Of a stretch of DNA of 64,000 bases, positions 37,201 to 51,544 are shown one piece after another. The notes under the pieces were generated by a model. The model made no database searches, was not told the DNA's origin, and saw only the letters and a list, made by a program, of their open reading frames with translations. Position 1 is the first letter of the stretch, and each line of letters opens with the position of its first letter. A program made the position numbers and the translations under genes. The stretch lies in NCBI GenBank assembly GCA_951406725.2, contig OX597815.1:192076001-192140000 (forward strand), read 5' to 3'. Source of the DNA: Octopus vulgaris. Lineage: Eukaryota.

Positions 37201-39755
37201 GATGGTGGTGATGATGATGATTGTGCTGGTGGTGGTGGTGGCAGTGGTAGCTCTGACGTTGGTGATGATGATAGTGATGATGATGATGATTATGCTGGTG
37301 GTGGTGATGGTGATTGTGGTGGTGGTGGTGGTGGTGGTGGCTGTGGTGACGCTGATGATGATGATTGGTGGTGGTGGTGGTGGTGGTGGAGACAGTGGCA
37401 CTGTTGTCAGTAATGATGATGATGATGGTGATGACTTGCTCAAGCAAAGTCTAATACGTCTCTCTATTTTTCCCTTCACCTTTCTTTCTCGCGATTGTTT
37501 ATTCATTTCTACCTTATCAAGGAATGCAGGACGGTTGGTGTGTGTGTGTGTGTGTGTGTGTGTGGTGTTCGAGCTAAGTTTCGCCTTTAAACCATCCTAC
37601 TGTAAAGCAACAAAGTTTTCCTTAAATTCCACCCCTCTGCAACCAGCATCCTGCGAAGCAAGATAAGAGCAGATAACTTCATTTGTCTCCGTTTCAAGAC
37701 CATTGACAGCCAACCTTGTCTCGTGTTAAGCATTTATTTCCTATCCTAATTCTGCTAATCTCGGTAGGAAGAAAGGTTAGATCAACTTTTCCCGCCCTCT
37801 TATATCCCTTCCTATCTCCAACGATAAAAAAAAAAAAAAAAAATGCAAGAAATTCTCTTAAAAATTCCTTCTTAAATGACGAGAGAGAGAGAGAGATTTC
37901 GTATTTAAAGCTAAAAAAAAAAAAAAAAAAAAAAATTAATGGCCAAGAATTTAGTGAAATCTCTTAATTCCTGTGAAATGAATAAATAAATAAAGAAAGA
38001 AAGAAAGAATAAAAGAATAAATAAAACTTATGAAAGAGTGAAAGAATTGGAGAAGAATGAGCAGATTGGCTCTTTAAATGTTACAAAAGAATTTCTGGCA
38101 TTTTTTGTTCATCACTTATTTTTTAATATTTAATTTAATCTGAAATTAAATATTTAAATTAATTCAAAAACATAATCAAAAAATAATAAAATAAAATTTT
38201 TAAAATCATGAATCTATTTTTTTCCCTATTTTTAATTTTCTAGTTTCTATTTTTTTTTCTAGTTTTTTTTTTGCTGTAGAATCGAGTGTGATATTTATGT
38301 TTTTTTTTTTTCGTAATCCGTATTATTTTTATACACCTTCCCCCGCTCCATCCACACGCTACTACTTTTAAGTATTCAATGAATTATAGGTCATGTGGTT
38401 GAGTATTCCAAAGACGTGTGTACTCTAAATGTAATCTCCAGACAGAATCAATGTGGTAAAATCCATAACGGAATTGCGTTTTTGAATTACAAAAGGTGAG
38501 AAAACCCTACCCAGCTGAATAAAATCCAAGACATAAAGGCATGTCCCTTATGTCCATGCTCACTGCCCTACTCCCCAACAACCCATCTTCCTGACACCTT
38601 CCCACCCACCCACTCATCATCAATGTTTTCCCTCCCTCCCACTCTTCCTCATGCACTCACTTGCATGCAATATGTCCCTGTTGAATTCCTTCTTCACAAC
38701 ATACCCTCCTAATACTCCCACCTCTCTCTACCAATGCCTACCCATTACTTCCCACCACTTCCAGCTACCACTCTCCTTTCCCACCCTTGTGACCTCACCC
38801 ACCCATTCACTCACTTACCTTCCCCAGTTCCCTGTCCACTTCACTAATACATACTTCCCAGTAACTTAGGTATATGGGCCTTGTCCCTTCTTCATCACAT
38901 CTTTACCATCTCTCTCCTTTTCTGATATGGCCATGTTTCTCTTCTAATGCAGGACACATTGGTTGTCAAGTGATGGCGGGAGGACAAACACAGACACAAA
39001 GACACACACATAAATACCACACAAACACACACACATGACAGATCAGATTGGAGCCTGGTGCAGCCTCCTGGCTTGCCAGTCCCGTCAAGCCATCCAACCC
39101 ATGCCAGCATGGAAAACAGACATTAAACGATGATGATGATCATGATATATCACATTGAAAGCACTGGTTCTTGTCCCTTTCTTTTCCTAGCATACAGCTT
39201 CCTATCTCAGACATGTGAGCATGTACACAACAGCCAAACACCGCATCGCAGGAACTGTGAAGCATGCAGTTCTATACAAGGATTTTTGTATTTTCTTTCA
39301 TAAACTAGGGGGGTGGGGTGGCTACTGACATTAAGCTTCAGGATTATATAATGTACAAATAATATAAAGAAAGAATTAAAGAAGAAAGGACTTATTATAT
39401 CGAATGTTATCGATAGCATCAAGTGGAAACAAGGGGGGAGGGGTGCAGTTCTGCCGTGCCTATACATGAGCTGCCAATGTCTGAGACAATAAAATTCTGC
39501 AAGACCTCCTTCAGATTTGAAGTATTCCGTATAAAACAATATCCTTTTCTTCACAACCTTGCTTGCCAAGCAGGTGGCCAGTCAGAATTAACTCTAAATT
39601 AAAAAAAAAAAAAAGAAGAGAAAAGCACACGGCCACTCTTTTGATGTCTAAATTTCCAATGAATGAATGAAAGAAAGAGCCTTGTTTTCTCGACTTAGAA
39701 ATTGACTCTTTCTTCCTTGGTGGGATATTTCCAAAAATAAAACCCATAAAGACGC

Positions 39756-39810
<55 letters not shown>

Positions 39811-40944
39811 TCAGACGAAAAGAGGGGCATCAATGAAAATAGGAAACATACTTGCTTGCTGAGGGGAACGGCAGAGGGAGGGGCTGGGGGGAGGGAAACC
39901 GATCCATCATCTGTCTTTCTTTCTTTCTTTCTTTCTCTCTCTCCCTCCCTCCCATTTACTGCATTCCTGCCCTACATTTACTACCTCCCTCCCCCCGCAC
40001 CCCCTCCCCAGCTGCTCTCTACCTCTTTACTTCATATCAATCACTATTTCCATGATGATTAAGTCGTTACATTCTCAACTAAACTGCCTCTACATCACCA
40101 CCACCACCACTACCGCCTCCGCCGCCACCTGCACAGCTATTGTTGCCATCCTCCTCACCTCACCTCACATAACTGTGCTTCAACAATTTCCACTACCACC
40201 CCCCCCCCGCCAACCTCCACCACCACCATCACCACCACCGCCCCTCAGCTAGAACTACTCCCCCTACACCCCCACACCTTCTTATTGCCTGCAGCAACTT
40301 GCGGCTCTTTCACCACCACCACTCCACCACCACCATCGCGTTTACCTTTTACAACAATCTCTCTCTCTCTCTCTCTAACTCTTGTCTCTTTTCCTTTCTC
40401 TTTTTCTTTTTCTTTTCCCCCTCCCACATCTCTGTAGCAATCCTTATACTACAAACTCATCATGTGCTCATGTGTGTTTGTGTATATATATATATATACA
40501 TATGTTTGTGTCATGTGTACGTGCGTGTGTGTGTGGTTTGTGAGATTGGAGTCATTAATAAAAACTGGCAGAATTACATGGTTATAGTTTGTAGTTGTAA
40601 TTCCGATCAACTTTGACCTTTGCATGCCTGCCTGGTCATTCATTGACTGACTGAGAACTGATTCATGAGGGAGCTATTCCAGATACACACACACACACAC
40701 ACACGTACACACACCCACGTGCACGCAGGCAGAATAAGGCTGGCAAACAACCACTTGTTTGCAAGGAATATCCAGAGGAGTGTTATTAAGCTTTCAGTGA
40801 AGGCACGTGGCTTAGTGGTTAGGAAGGTATTCGGCTCGCGATTGTAAGGCTGTGAGTTCGATTCCTGGTGATGCATTGTCTCCTTGAGCAAGACACTTCA
40901 TTACACATTACTCCAGTCCATTCAACAGGAATAAAATTAATATT

Positions 40945-41364
40945 GGATCTTTTCGGTTTGAACGGCAGTTTTTTCTAGCGGTGTCATATGAAATTGTCAC
41001 CCATAATTATGACCCTAGTATCGATCTATTGCATTTCAATCTCTTTTAGGGTTAGGGTTTGGTTTAGTGGGGGAAGGGTATCTTTTTTTCTCCACAAATG
41101 TAAATAAACCCAATCTGTTTCTTAAACGAGGGACATATCCATACGGCACAGAATGTTTTCACCTGAATAGACGTCATTGATTGGTTGAAATTGCTGAAAT
41201 TGAAGAAAAAAAACAACAAATATCTTACAAACTATAGAATTTTCTCAATAAAGCCAAGAGAAAAAGATGTTTTATAAAACACATTCTACCAGTATACGAA
41301 GTTTAAAAGTGTTTAGTTATGTGGAAATTATCTTAAAAAACTGCCGTTCAAACCGAAAAGATCC
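40945..41364. mobile_element. MITE family M1, intact 420 bp, nested in a SINE (40797-41545)
   Basis: TIRs of about 30 bp (GGATC...GATCC). 8-bp TSD TTAATATT at 40937-40944 and 41365-41372. Internal TTAGGGTTAGGG. Confidence 0.9.
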
Positions 41365-41657
41365 TTAATATTACCTGTCTTTCAAAGGACCAGCCTTGTC
41401 ACATTCCATGTCACGTTGAATCTCTCCAAGGATTACATTAAGGGCACGTGTATCTGCGGAGCCCTCAGCCATTTGCATGTTAATTTCCTGAGATGGCTGT
41501 TCCGTTAATCACCTCAACTGGAGCCCTTGTTGTCATAACTGACTCTTATACTAGGGTCACACATAACTTACTCTTATGCTAGGGTCACACATAATATAGT
41601 AAGTTGGAAAAACTTTGATTAAATGAGCTTATAGATGCATTAAGAAGCTTTACTCTT

Positions 41658-42075
41658 AAGGCAGTGAGCTGGCAGAAATGTTAGCACACTGGGTGAAATG
41701 CTTAGCAGTAGTTCGTCTGTCTTTATGTTCTGAGTTCAAATTCTGCTGAGGTCAACTTTGCCTTTTATCCTTTCGGGGTTGATAAATTAAGTACTAGTTG
41801 TGTACTGGGGTTGATCTAATCAACTGGCTCCCTCCCCCAAAATTTCAGGGGTCGATTAAATAAGTACTAGTTGTGTATTAGGGTCGATCTAATCAACTGG
41901 CTCCCTCCCCAAAAATTTCGGGGTCGATTAAATAAGTACTAGTTGTGTACTGGGGTTGATCTAATCAACTGGCTCCCTCCCCCAAAATTTCGGGGTCGAT
42001 TAAATAAAGTACTAGTTGTGTACAGTGGTCGATCTAATCAACTGGCTCCCTCCCACAAAATTTCGGGGTCGATTT
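41658..42075 (+). mobile_element. Family C-type SINE with 4 tandem copies of a 72-73-bp 3' segment
   Basis: CAACTGGCTCCCTCC recurs at 41821, 41894, 41966 and 42039. Confidence 0.85.
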
Positions 42076-42178
42076 ACATCTGTATTTTATTTATTCACAT
42101 TGGAAAGGTGAAAGACAGAGTTGATGTATGCAGGATTTGAACTTGGAACAAAGAGAGCTATCCCCAGATGCTTCTTAA

Positions 42179-42617
42179 CCCTTTCGTTACCAACCTACCT
42201 GAAACCAGCTCTGGCTCTGTAGGTCTTGTTTTCATAAGTTTTGAATTAAAATCTTCCACCAAACCTTAGTCACAATTTATGTCCTTAACACTAGCTGAAT
42301 GATAACTAAGTTATTTTACTAAAATTAATTGAAAGAAACACAAAACATCTCAACAGAAATATGGTAAGAAAAGGGCTAACAAATGATTAATTTAACCCAT
42401 TTGGTACCAGCCAGGCTGAAACCGGCTCTGGCTCTGTAGTACAAATATCTTGTTTTCTAAAGTTCTGAATTAAAATCTTCCACCAAACCTCAGTCACAAT
42501 TTATATTCCTAACACCAGTTTAATGATAACTAAGTTATTTTACTAAATTCTTTGTTATATTTAAAATTAATTGAAAGAAACACAGAGAATCTCAAAATGA
42601 TTACAGTAACGAAAGGG
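42179..42617. mobile_element. Two adjacent piggyBac-like MITEs (42179-42375 and 42396-42617)
   Basis: TTAA-CCC...GGG-TTAA termini and shared interiors. Confidence 0.8.
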
Positions 42618-42853
42618 TTAAATCACATTATTAGGACAAATTGTTAGGACACATTATTAGGACAAATTGTTAGGACACATTATTAGGACAAATTTGAAAA
42701 CTGACACTCTATCGGTTATGACGACAAGGGTTCCAGCTGATCTGTTAAACAGAACAGCCTGCTTGTGAAATTAACATGCAAGTGGCTGAGTACTCCTCAG
42801 ACATATGTACACTTAAAGAAGTTCTCAGAGAGATTCAGTGTGACACAGAATGT

Positions 42854-43307
42854 GGTACTACTTAAGAAGAGTGGTCCCGGTGCGCGTACTCGCGCATCTG
42901 CGCTAGCTAGTCATGGCTAGTCGATCCTACAACTACCTAGCAAAGTAAATAAAACAGAAAATAAATTTTTTTTTACACAAAAAAAATATTGTAAATTTTA
43001 ATCAAATTGTGAAGTGACCAATGTTGATTTAAACTTCTGGACAGCAAAATATAAATCTGATTTGAGGAAATAATCTCTTATTTACTTATTTATTGATGTA
43101 ACAAATTTAGATGTATGTGTGTGTGTGTGTATGTATGTATATATATATATGTGTGTGTGTGTACGTATCTTGCGTATATATGCATCTAATTTTTTTAAAG
43201 CAAAATAAATAAAACACAAAAACACAAAGTAAGGATTGACTAGTCACGACTAGCTAGCGCGGATGCGCGAGTGCGCGCACCGGGACCACTCTTTTTAAAG
43301 TAGTACC
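42854..43307. mobile_element. MITE family M3 (GC-rich TIRs of about 75 bp, GG ends, 8-bp TSD), nested in a SINE (42703-43452, -)
   Basis: GGTACTACTTAAGAAGAGTGGTCCCGGTGCGCG... and its inverse. TSD CAGAATGT at 42846-42853 and 43308-43315. Confidence 0.9.
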
Positions 43308-45105
43308 CAGAATGTGACAAGGCTGGCCCTTCACAATTCAGGTACTATTCATGTTTGCCAGATGGGTGGACAGGAACAATGTGAAATAAAGTGTCATGTA
43401 CTGCCAGAAATTGAACCCATGACCTTACTATCATGAGCTACATACCCTAACCACTAAGTCATGTACCTTCACATATGACATATTTTAAATACTAATAAAA
43501 GTTTATGACTAGGTTACGATGTTAATGACTCGATCACTATGTAAATAGACAGGTCACAATGTTAATAAACCGGTCACATGTTAATAGCCAAGTTACATTG
43601 TTAATGGACGGGTCATAATCTTAATAAATCAATAGAGATATTGATGAACAAGTCTAAGTTTTAATCGTTTGTTTAATTGCCCATTATTATGGTCGCTTAC
43701 AGAAGCAAAACTACGAAGCTCAGAGGATTTAAACAATAGTGTTAATGTTAATACAATTAAAGTGATATCGTTAAATACTGTGACAAAGGAGCCTTTATGT
43801 AGATGCTCAAACTGCTAGAAATAATAGCCAATAGATAGCGGTTTTTGGTTCATCATCATCATCATCATCATCTTTTAAAATCCACTTTCCATGCTGGCAC
43901 AGGGTTAGACGGTTTGACTGAAGACTGACAAGCCAGGAGGCTGCACCAGGCTCTGATCTAATCTAGCAAGGTTCCTACAGTTGGATGCCCTTCCTAACAT
44001 TGACCACTCCAAGAGCATAGTGGGAGATTTTTATGTGCCACTGGCATAGTGGTCAGTCAGGCAGTACTTGCATTGACCATGTTTGAATGGTGCTTTTTAC
44101 ATGCCACCAGCACAGGGGCCAGTTAAAGCAGTATCGGCATTGGCCATGACAATGATTTCACTTCAACGATGAAGTCGATTATATCGACCCCAGTGCGTAA
44201 CTGATACTTATTTAATCGACCCCGAAAGGATGAAAGGCAAAGTTGACCCCGGCAGAATTTGAACTCAAAACTCAGACGAAATTCTGCTAAGCATTTCGCC
44301 TGGTGTGCTAACGTTTCTGCTGGCTCGCCGCCCTCTTTCAGTTTCTGTCTACCAAATCCACTCACAAGGCTTTGGTTGCCCAGACCCTATAGTAGAAGAC
44401 ACTTGCCCGAGGTGCCATGCAGTGGGACTGAACCTGGAACCATGTGGTTGGGAAGCCACACAGCCATACCTGCACCTATGACCTAACTGCAATAAACAAT
44501 TTTTAATGACATAATTTTTGATTATTTAAGAGGGGAAAAATAATGTTCTTGACTCAGAAATAAAACCTCTAAAAGGAAAAACATTTAGAAAAGTAATCAT
44601 GCAATGTAAAGATTTAGAATTCATAGATTTTAGCAAAATAGGCTGGTCAGTCGCATAATTAATCAAACAGAGTGTTTCTTCTGATAATGTGGCTAAAATT
44701 TTAATCAAATCGTGAAGTGACCAATGTTGATTTAAACTTCTGGACAGCAAAATATAAATCTGATTTGAGGAAATAATCTCTTATTTACTTATTTATTGAT
44801 GTAACAAATTTAGATGTATGTGTGTGTGTATGTATGTGTATATATATATGTGTGTGCGTGTATGTGTGTGTGTGTGTGTCTGTGTGTCTGTGTACATATC
44901 TAGCGTATATATGCATCTACCTGCCTGTCTATCTATCTATCTATCTATCAATCTAGGTGTGTGCATATGTGTGTGTGTGTATGTATGTAGATATTACATC
45001 ATCATCACCGTTTAACGTCTGCTTTCCATGCTAGCATGGTTAGACGATTTGACTGAGGTCTGGCAAACCAGATGGCTGCACCAGACTCCAATTTGATCTA
45101 GCTGA

Positions 45106-45171
<66 letters not shown>

Positions 45172-45311
45172 ATATATATATATATATATATATACATATA
45201 CATGCATGTAGATATACATATATATATATATATATGAATATAACTACACACACATATATATACACCTGTCTTCATCTTTGGTTTTTCTGTAAATTTCAAC
45301 TATATATATAA

Positions 45312-45350
<39 letters not shown>

Positions 45351-45382
45351 TATATATACACACACGCACATATATATACATA

Positions 45383-45423
<41 letters not shown>

Positions 45424-45954
45424 TACTTAATGTATGCATACCGTTGATAGCCAGTCATTGCATAAAAGAAATATATTCATATACTATACATACATACTTA
45501 CACATAGACACACACACACACACACACACATACACGAATACACCAACTCACATACATGTCTGTGTTAGTATTTTCCTATCTACCAGTCAACAAACATCTT
45601 TTTTTTTTTTTAATATTTTATAATTATAACATTATAACACGATTATTGTTGATTTTATATTTTCTTGCTGTTTAATGTGGAATTTGATGCAAAATAATAA
45701 CATAAAAATTAGATTAGAATGATGGTAATTTTTGATTTTTTTTACGGTTTGTTTTTGCAAATGTTGAAATATGAAGAAATAATATTAACAAGCAATAACT
45801 TTTAGTTGAGTAATTAAATAATGCAACCAAAACCCAGAATACAATTCTGCAACAGAAAATATGATTTTATTGCAGTGTTGGTATACTAAGTATTTATGTG
45901 TGTATGTGCATATATATATATATATATATGTATATGTATGTATGTGTGTGTGTG

Positions 45955-45990
<36 letters not shown>

Positions 45991-46375
45991 TATATATTTA
46001 TATATATGCACACACACACACACACATATATATATACACACACACATAAATATATATATATATATATATATACATACATATGCATATGTATACATGTATA
46101 TATATGTAAATATATGTATATATATATCCACATGTATGTATGTATGCATCTATCTATCTATCTATCTGTCTGTCCATCTGTCTATCTTATACTTCTCTCT
46201 CTTTTTCTCTCTCTCTCACTCTATATATATACAAACATATATATCATATAATGTATACATACATGCATATATATATACATGCATACGTACATATATTTCT
46301 ATATATATGTATATCATACATACATATAAATATATTTGTGTATATACTTATACACAGACACAGATACACATATGT

Positions 46376-46414
<39 letters not shown>

Positions 46415-47144
46415 TTCACACAGATGTATAAGAATATATATTTATATGCATACACACATACATATATGTCTATATACACACAAACACACCATGTATATAC
46501 ATGTATGCACACATACACACACACACACACATGTATATATATGTGTGTACGTATAGGTATGCGTCAAAGATTCAAAAGAATAATATTTCAATTCTATCAT
46601 CATAAGTGCAATAGTTAAGAGCTTATATAGAAATTTGGTTGAAATTTTGGTGAAAGATTAAATTGAGAACTTTCAGAACTAAGTAAATATTTAAAAACAA
46701 AATAAAAACAAAACAACAAAACAACCTATGCAGCCACATTAAAGATATAGGTTAATACATCAACAACATATCCATGTATATATATATATGCACTTGAGTA
46801 TGTTTGCTAATATACATACATGTATAAAAATAGATGTGTGCATGTATGTGTGTTTGCATGTGTAAATGTTTGGGAACAGGCAAGACATAAAACATATCAC
46901 CAACATATATAGTTGTAAGTCTTACATGCTTAAATGATTTGTATGTATTGATTACATGTATTATTTTTGCTTAAAAGACATATCATATTTAATATTGCAT
47001 CTCTTGATGGCAAATATTAAGGATATTAACCCTATTTTTTTTGTGTCATCATCATCATCATCATCATCATGAGGATGACACACACAAAAAAAAAAAAGAT
47101 GAAAGTGGGGGAGGTAAGTTGATTACATCAACCCCTGTGTTTAA

Positions 47145-47365
47145 CCCTTTCGATAACAACCCGGCTGAAACCGGCTCTGGATTTGAGTACAAATTTCTTG
47201 TTTTCATAAGTTTTGAATTAAAATCTTTCACCAAACCTTAGTCACAATTTGTGTTCCTAACACCAGCTTAATGATAACCAAGTTATCTTACTAAATTCTT
47301 TGTTATATTTAAAATTAATTGAAAGACACACAGAGCATCTCAAAATAAATACAGTAATGAAAGGG
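47145..47365. mobile_element. piggyBac-like MITE
   Basis: TTAA-CCCTTTCG...GAAAGGG-TTAA. Homologous to 42396-42617. Confidence 0.85.
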
Positions 47366-47819
47366 TTAACTGGTACTTAATTTATTGACCATGGGAGGCT
47401 AGAGGACAAAATCAACCTCGGTGCTATTTGAACTCAGAACGTACAGATCCAGAAATAATGGAGAGATGGGCTTACTTCATCACAGTGATCCCTGTGGTCG
47501 ACTGGTAATTATTTTGTGAACCCTGGAAGAAAGAAAAGCAAAGCTAACCTTGGAAGAGTTTGAACTCTGGCAGGGGTCGTGGTGAACCCTGCTGTACTCC
47601 CTCACCACAGTTCTCACTCAGTCTTTCTTCATGTTTCTGTTGTACCTGTATTTCAAAAGGCCAGCCTTGTCACACTCTATGTTATGCTGAATCTCCCTGA
47701 GAACTACGTTAAGGGTACACATGTCTGTGCAGTGCTCAGCCACTTGCACGCTAATTTCACGAGCAGGCTGTTCCGTTGATTGGATCAACTGGAACCCTCA
47801 TCATCATAACTGACAGAGT

Positions 47820-47946
<127 letters not shown>

Positions 47947-48825
47947 AATGTCCAACGGTGAAATGAGTGCCCAACACCGCATTGGTGGTGGTGGTGGTGG
48001 TGTATGTGTGTATGTGTATGTAGCTACATGCAAATACCTGCATATATATGTTTGAATATATACATATATATATGTGTATGTATATATATATATATATATG
48101 TTTGACCACTTATGTATATCTACATATATGTACACACATGTATACATATGCATGGAAGTTTTTTTGTCTTGCAAGCACTTGGTGACCCTGTCAGTGCAGG
48201 TGCCACTTGAAAGCACCCGGTCCCCTCTGTAAAATGGTTGGTTCTTGGTAGGGCTTCCATCTGTAAAAACCTTGCCAAAACTGACCTCACCTGTGCTTGT
48301 GCCATGTAAAAAGCACAAAGTCAACTCTGCTGAATGGTTGGTGTTAGAAACGGCATCCAGCTGTAAAAAATCCTGTCAAAACAGTCTCAGAAGTCTGGTG
48401 CAAACTTCTGCCTGGCTGGCTCTTGTGAAACCGTCCCACCCATACCAGCATGGAAGGCAGATGTGAAACGATGATGATGATCATGATTCATAGGAACTTC
48501 TTCATTGGAAAGTGTTATCTGGAAAATCTTTGTCCATACTCAGGACAGCTGCGATTACTGTAAGATTTTATGAATGAATGTTTGTGTGCATGTGTGTATA
48601 TTTTTTTTTCTGTTTGGTGAGATCTTGAACTAATCTTAGTCAAATATTTTCTTTCAAACATAGAACTTATGCTGTTGACTCAAAGTTTATGTAATTATTC
48701 TATATTAAATATTCATAGCCATTGAATATATTGGATGCTTTAATTTGTTGAACTTATCGACTAAAAACAATGCGCGCACCACACACACACGTGTATATGG
48801 ATGTAAATTGTGTGTGTGTGTATAT

Positions 48826-49161
48826 ATAATAATAATAATAATGAAATTATTGTATACAGTGCTCAGGTGCACCACAACTTGTCAGAAAGTGCATATAAAG
48901 TACATGCAGTAATGTAGAAATGTCTGGAAAGTGAACATGCTTGTGTGTGTATGGAGGGGAGAAAATCAAGTGTAGTGTTGGCGAATCTCAGGAAGCATGG
49001 AAGTCTTGAAGGATGCAGTGCTCCGACAACTAACAACCGATGCCGGCAGTTTGTTCCACGCTTCAGCAACTCTCAGCGTGAAAAAATGTTTCCTGAAGTC
49101 ATGGGAGCTGTGCTGTTTTCTTACTTTGTAAATATGTCCACGGGTGTTAGATGGGTGGAGT

Positions 49162-49166
<5 letters not shown>
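48826..49166 (-). mobile_element. CR1-clade LINE 3' end
   Basis: ORF 48966..49244(-) reads NTRGHIYKVRKQHSSHDFRKHFFTLRVAEAWNKLP, the CR1 ORF2 C-terminal motif. (ATT)n tail. Confidence 0.85.
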
Positions 49167-49212
<46 letters not shown>

Positions 49213-49567
49213 TTTGTGCTGCAAGATGCCTGATGTGAAGTCATGTGTTGAAACAGATATTGTATTTATGAAGACGGATGTGACAAAAGATTTGTGACAA
49301 AAGATTTCTGCAATCTATGAAAAGTTTCCGTTCTACAAATGAACCAAAAACTATCCAGCAGCTTGGTAGGCATAAAAGACTAACTGGCATCCTGATGTTT
49401 CCAGTACTGTCACATTTCACAGTCACTTGAGCAAGTCCCCTTTTCTTCTAGACCCCCAGTTAAAACAACACTTTGCAAGGCAATTTGGAACACAACCTAC
49501 AGGAAGGTTTCCATGTGTTTGTGTGTGTTCTCTCCATGTGTGTGTTTATAGGTGTGTTAATGTATGT

Positions 49568-49954
49568 GGAGGCGCAATGGCCCAGTGGTTAGGGCAGCGG
49601 ACTCGCGGTCATAGGATCGCGGTTTCGATTCCCAGACCGGGCGTTGTGAGTGTTTATTGAGCGAAAACACCTAAAAAGCTCCACGAGGCTCCGGCAGGGA
49701 TGGTGGTGATCCCTGCTGTACTCTTTCACCACAACTTTCTCTCACTCTTACTTCCTGTTTCTGTTGTACCTGTATTTCAAAGGGCTGGCCTTGTCACTCT
49801 CTGTGTCATGCTGAATATCCTCGAGAACTGCGTTAAGGGTACACGTGTCTGTGGAGTGCTCAGCCACTTACACGTTAATTTCACGAGCAGGCTGTTCCGT
49901 TGATCGGATCAACCGGAACCCTTATCGTCGTAACCGACGAAGTGCTTCCATTCC
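49568..49954 (+). mobile_element. Young tRNA-derived SINE (family E), full length
   Basis: GGAGGCGCAATGGCCCAGTGGTTAGGGCAGCGGACTCGCGGTC..GGTTTCGATTCCC head. CpGs largely retained. Confidence 0.9.
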
Positions 49955-50541
49955 AATGTGTGTATGCATAAGAATGTGTGTGAATCTATATATTCTGGAC
50001 AATAGAGAATGTTTAGCAATGGCAGAGGTGTCCGGCTGGGAAATGCTGACTCAGATAAATCGTTATCCTATTTAACGAACCTGTGATTCCTCCATTGAGA
50101 ACTAGTAGCCTATGATATTGTTATTCATAGCTGTGATACATACCAAAAATAAATAAATAAGTAATAAAACAAAAAATACAATAAAACAAACAGATAATGA
50201 CAGGGATGTGCGATTAAGATGACAGAAACTTGATATATGGAGACTGGGCACAAACCAGAGCACATACATATACATATTTATATTTGCATGGAAATGTATA
50301 TGTTCATATATAAATAGATACATCCCTATGTATATATTTATACATGTATGTATGCATTCATTCATGCATGTATATATATATATGTATGCTAGCATGGAAA
50401 ACGGACGTTAAACGATGATGATGATGATTTATATACATGTATGTATATACATATATGTGTGTGTGTATATATATATATGTGTGTGTGTATATACATATGT
50501 ATGTATATATATATCTGCATATATATATGTATATATATATG

Positions 50542-50580
<39 letters not shown>

Positions 50581-51079
50581 ATATTTATATATATATATGT
50601 ATATATATGTGTGTGTGTGTATATATATATATATGTATATATAGACATATGCACATAGACACACATGCACACACACACATATATGTATGCATATATGCAC
50701 ACATACACACATATATACATACATGTATGTGAGTGCCTCTGTGTATGTGTGTGTCTTTGGACGTATATCAGAGTGGGATGGCCAGTGAAAATTGTTACAC
50801 CAAACTGGGATGTATATCTCGCTGGTATTTAGTTACGTTTCAGTTGCGTCTCTTCATGCCAAGGTTGATTTGCCTTTTGTGTTTCTTCGAGGAATCTTAA
50901 GATCAATAAAATATATTCACCAGACAAAGTATAGTATGGCGGGGTGGGGTGGGGGGTGATTTAGATATATCTACCTGGCTGACCGAAACTCTTCGTGCTT
51001 GGCCAAAATCAAATCACTGAAATCGGTAAGCAAGTAAAAGAAGAAACCACACACACACACAAAATAAAATACATTAACT

Positions 51080-51134
<55 letters not shown>

Positions 51135-51171
51135 ACACATGTATATATATATATATACATGTATACACATG

Positions 51172-51207
<36 letters not shown>

Positions 51208-51511
51208 TAAGTGTATATGTATATATATATATACATATATATACACATATACATAAGTGTATATGTATATATATATATATATACATATATATACACATAT
51301 ACATAAGTGTATATGTATATATATATATATACATATATATACACATATACATAAGTGTATATATATATATATATACACATATACATAAGTATATATATAT
51401 ATATATATACACACATATATATATATACACACATATATATATATACACACACATATATATATACACACACATATATATATACATATATATATATATACAC
51501 ACACACACATG

Positions 51512-51544
<33 letters not shown>

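Noticed and set aside
39207-39569. 120-aa minus-strand ORF in unique sequence
   Set aside because: Non-ATG start, no domain and no convincing splice signals.
49568-49640. tRNA gene
   Set aside because: The acceptor stem does not close and the head continues into a repeated body of about 300 bp, so it is a SINE head. The same applies at 24375-24448, 56165-56238 and 56392-56465.
50950-51035. GTGATTT...AAATCAC-T-GAAATCGGTA-AGC, resembling the 3' half of a hammerhead
   Set aside because: The CUGANGA half is absent, so at most it is a truncated relic.
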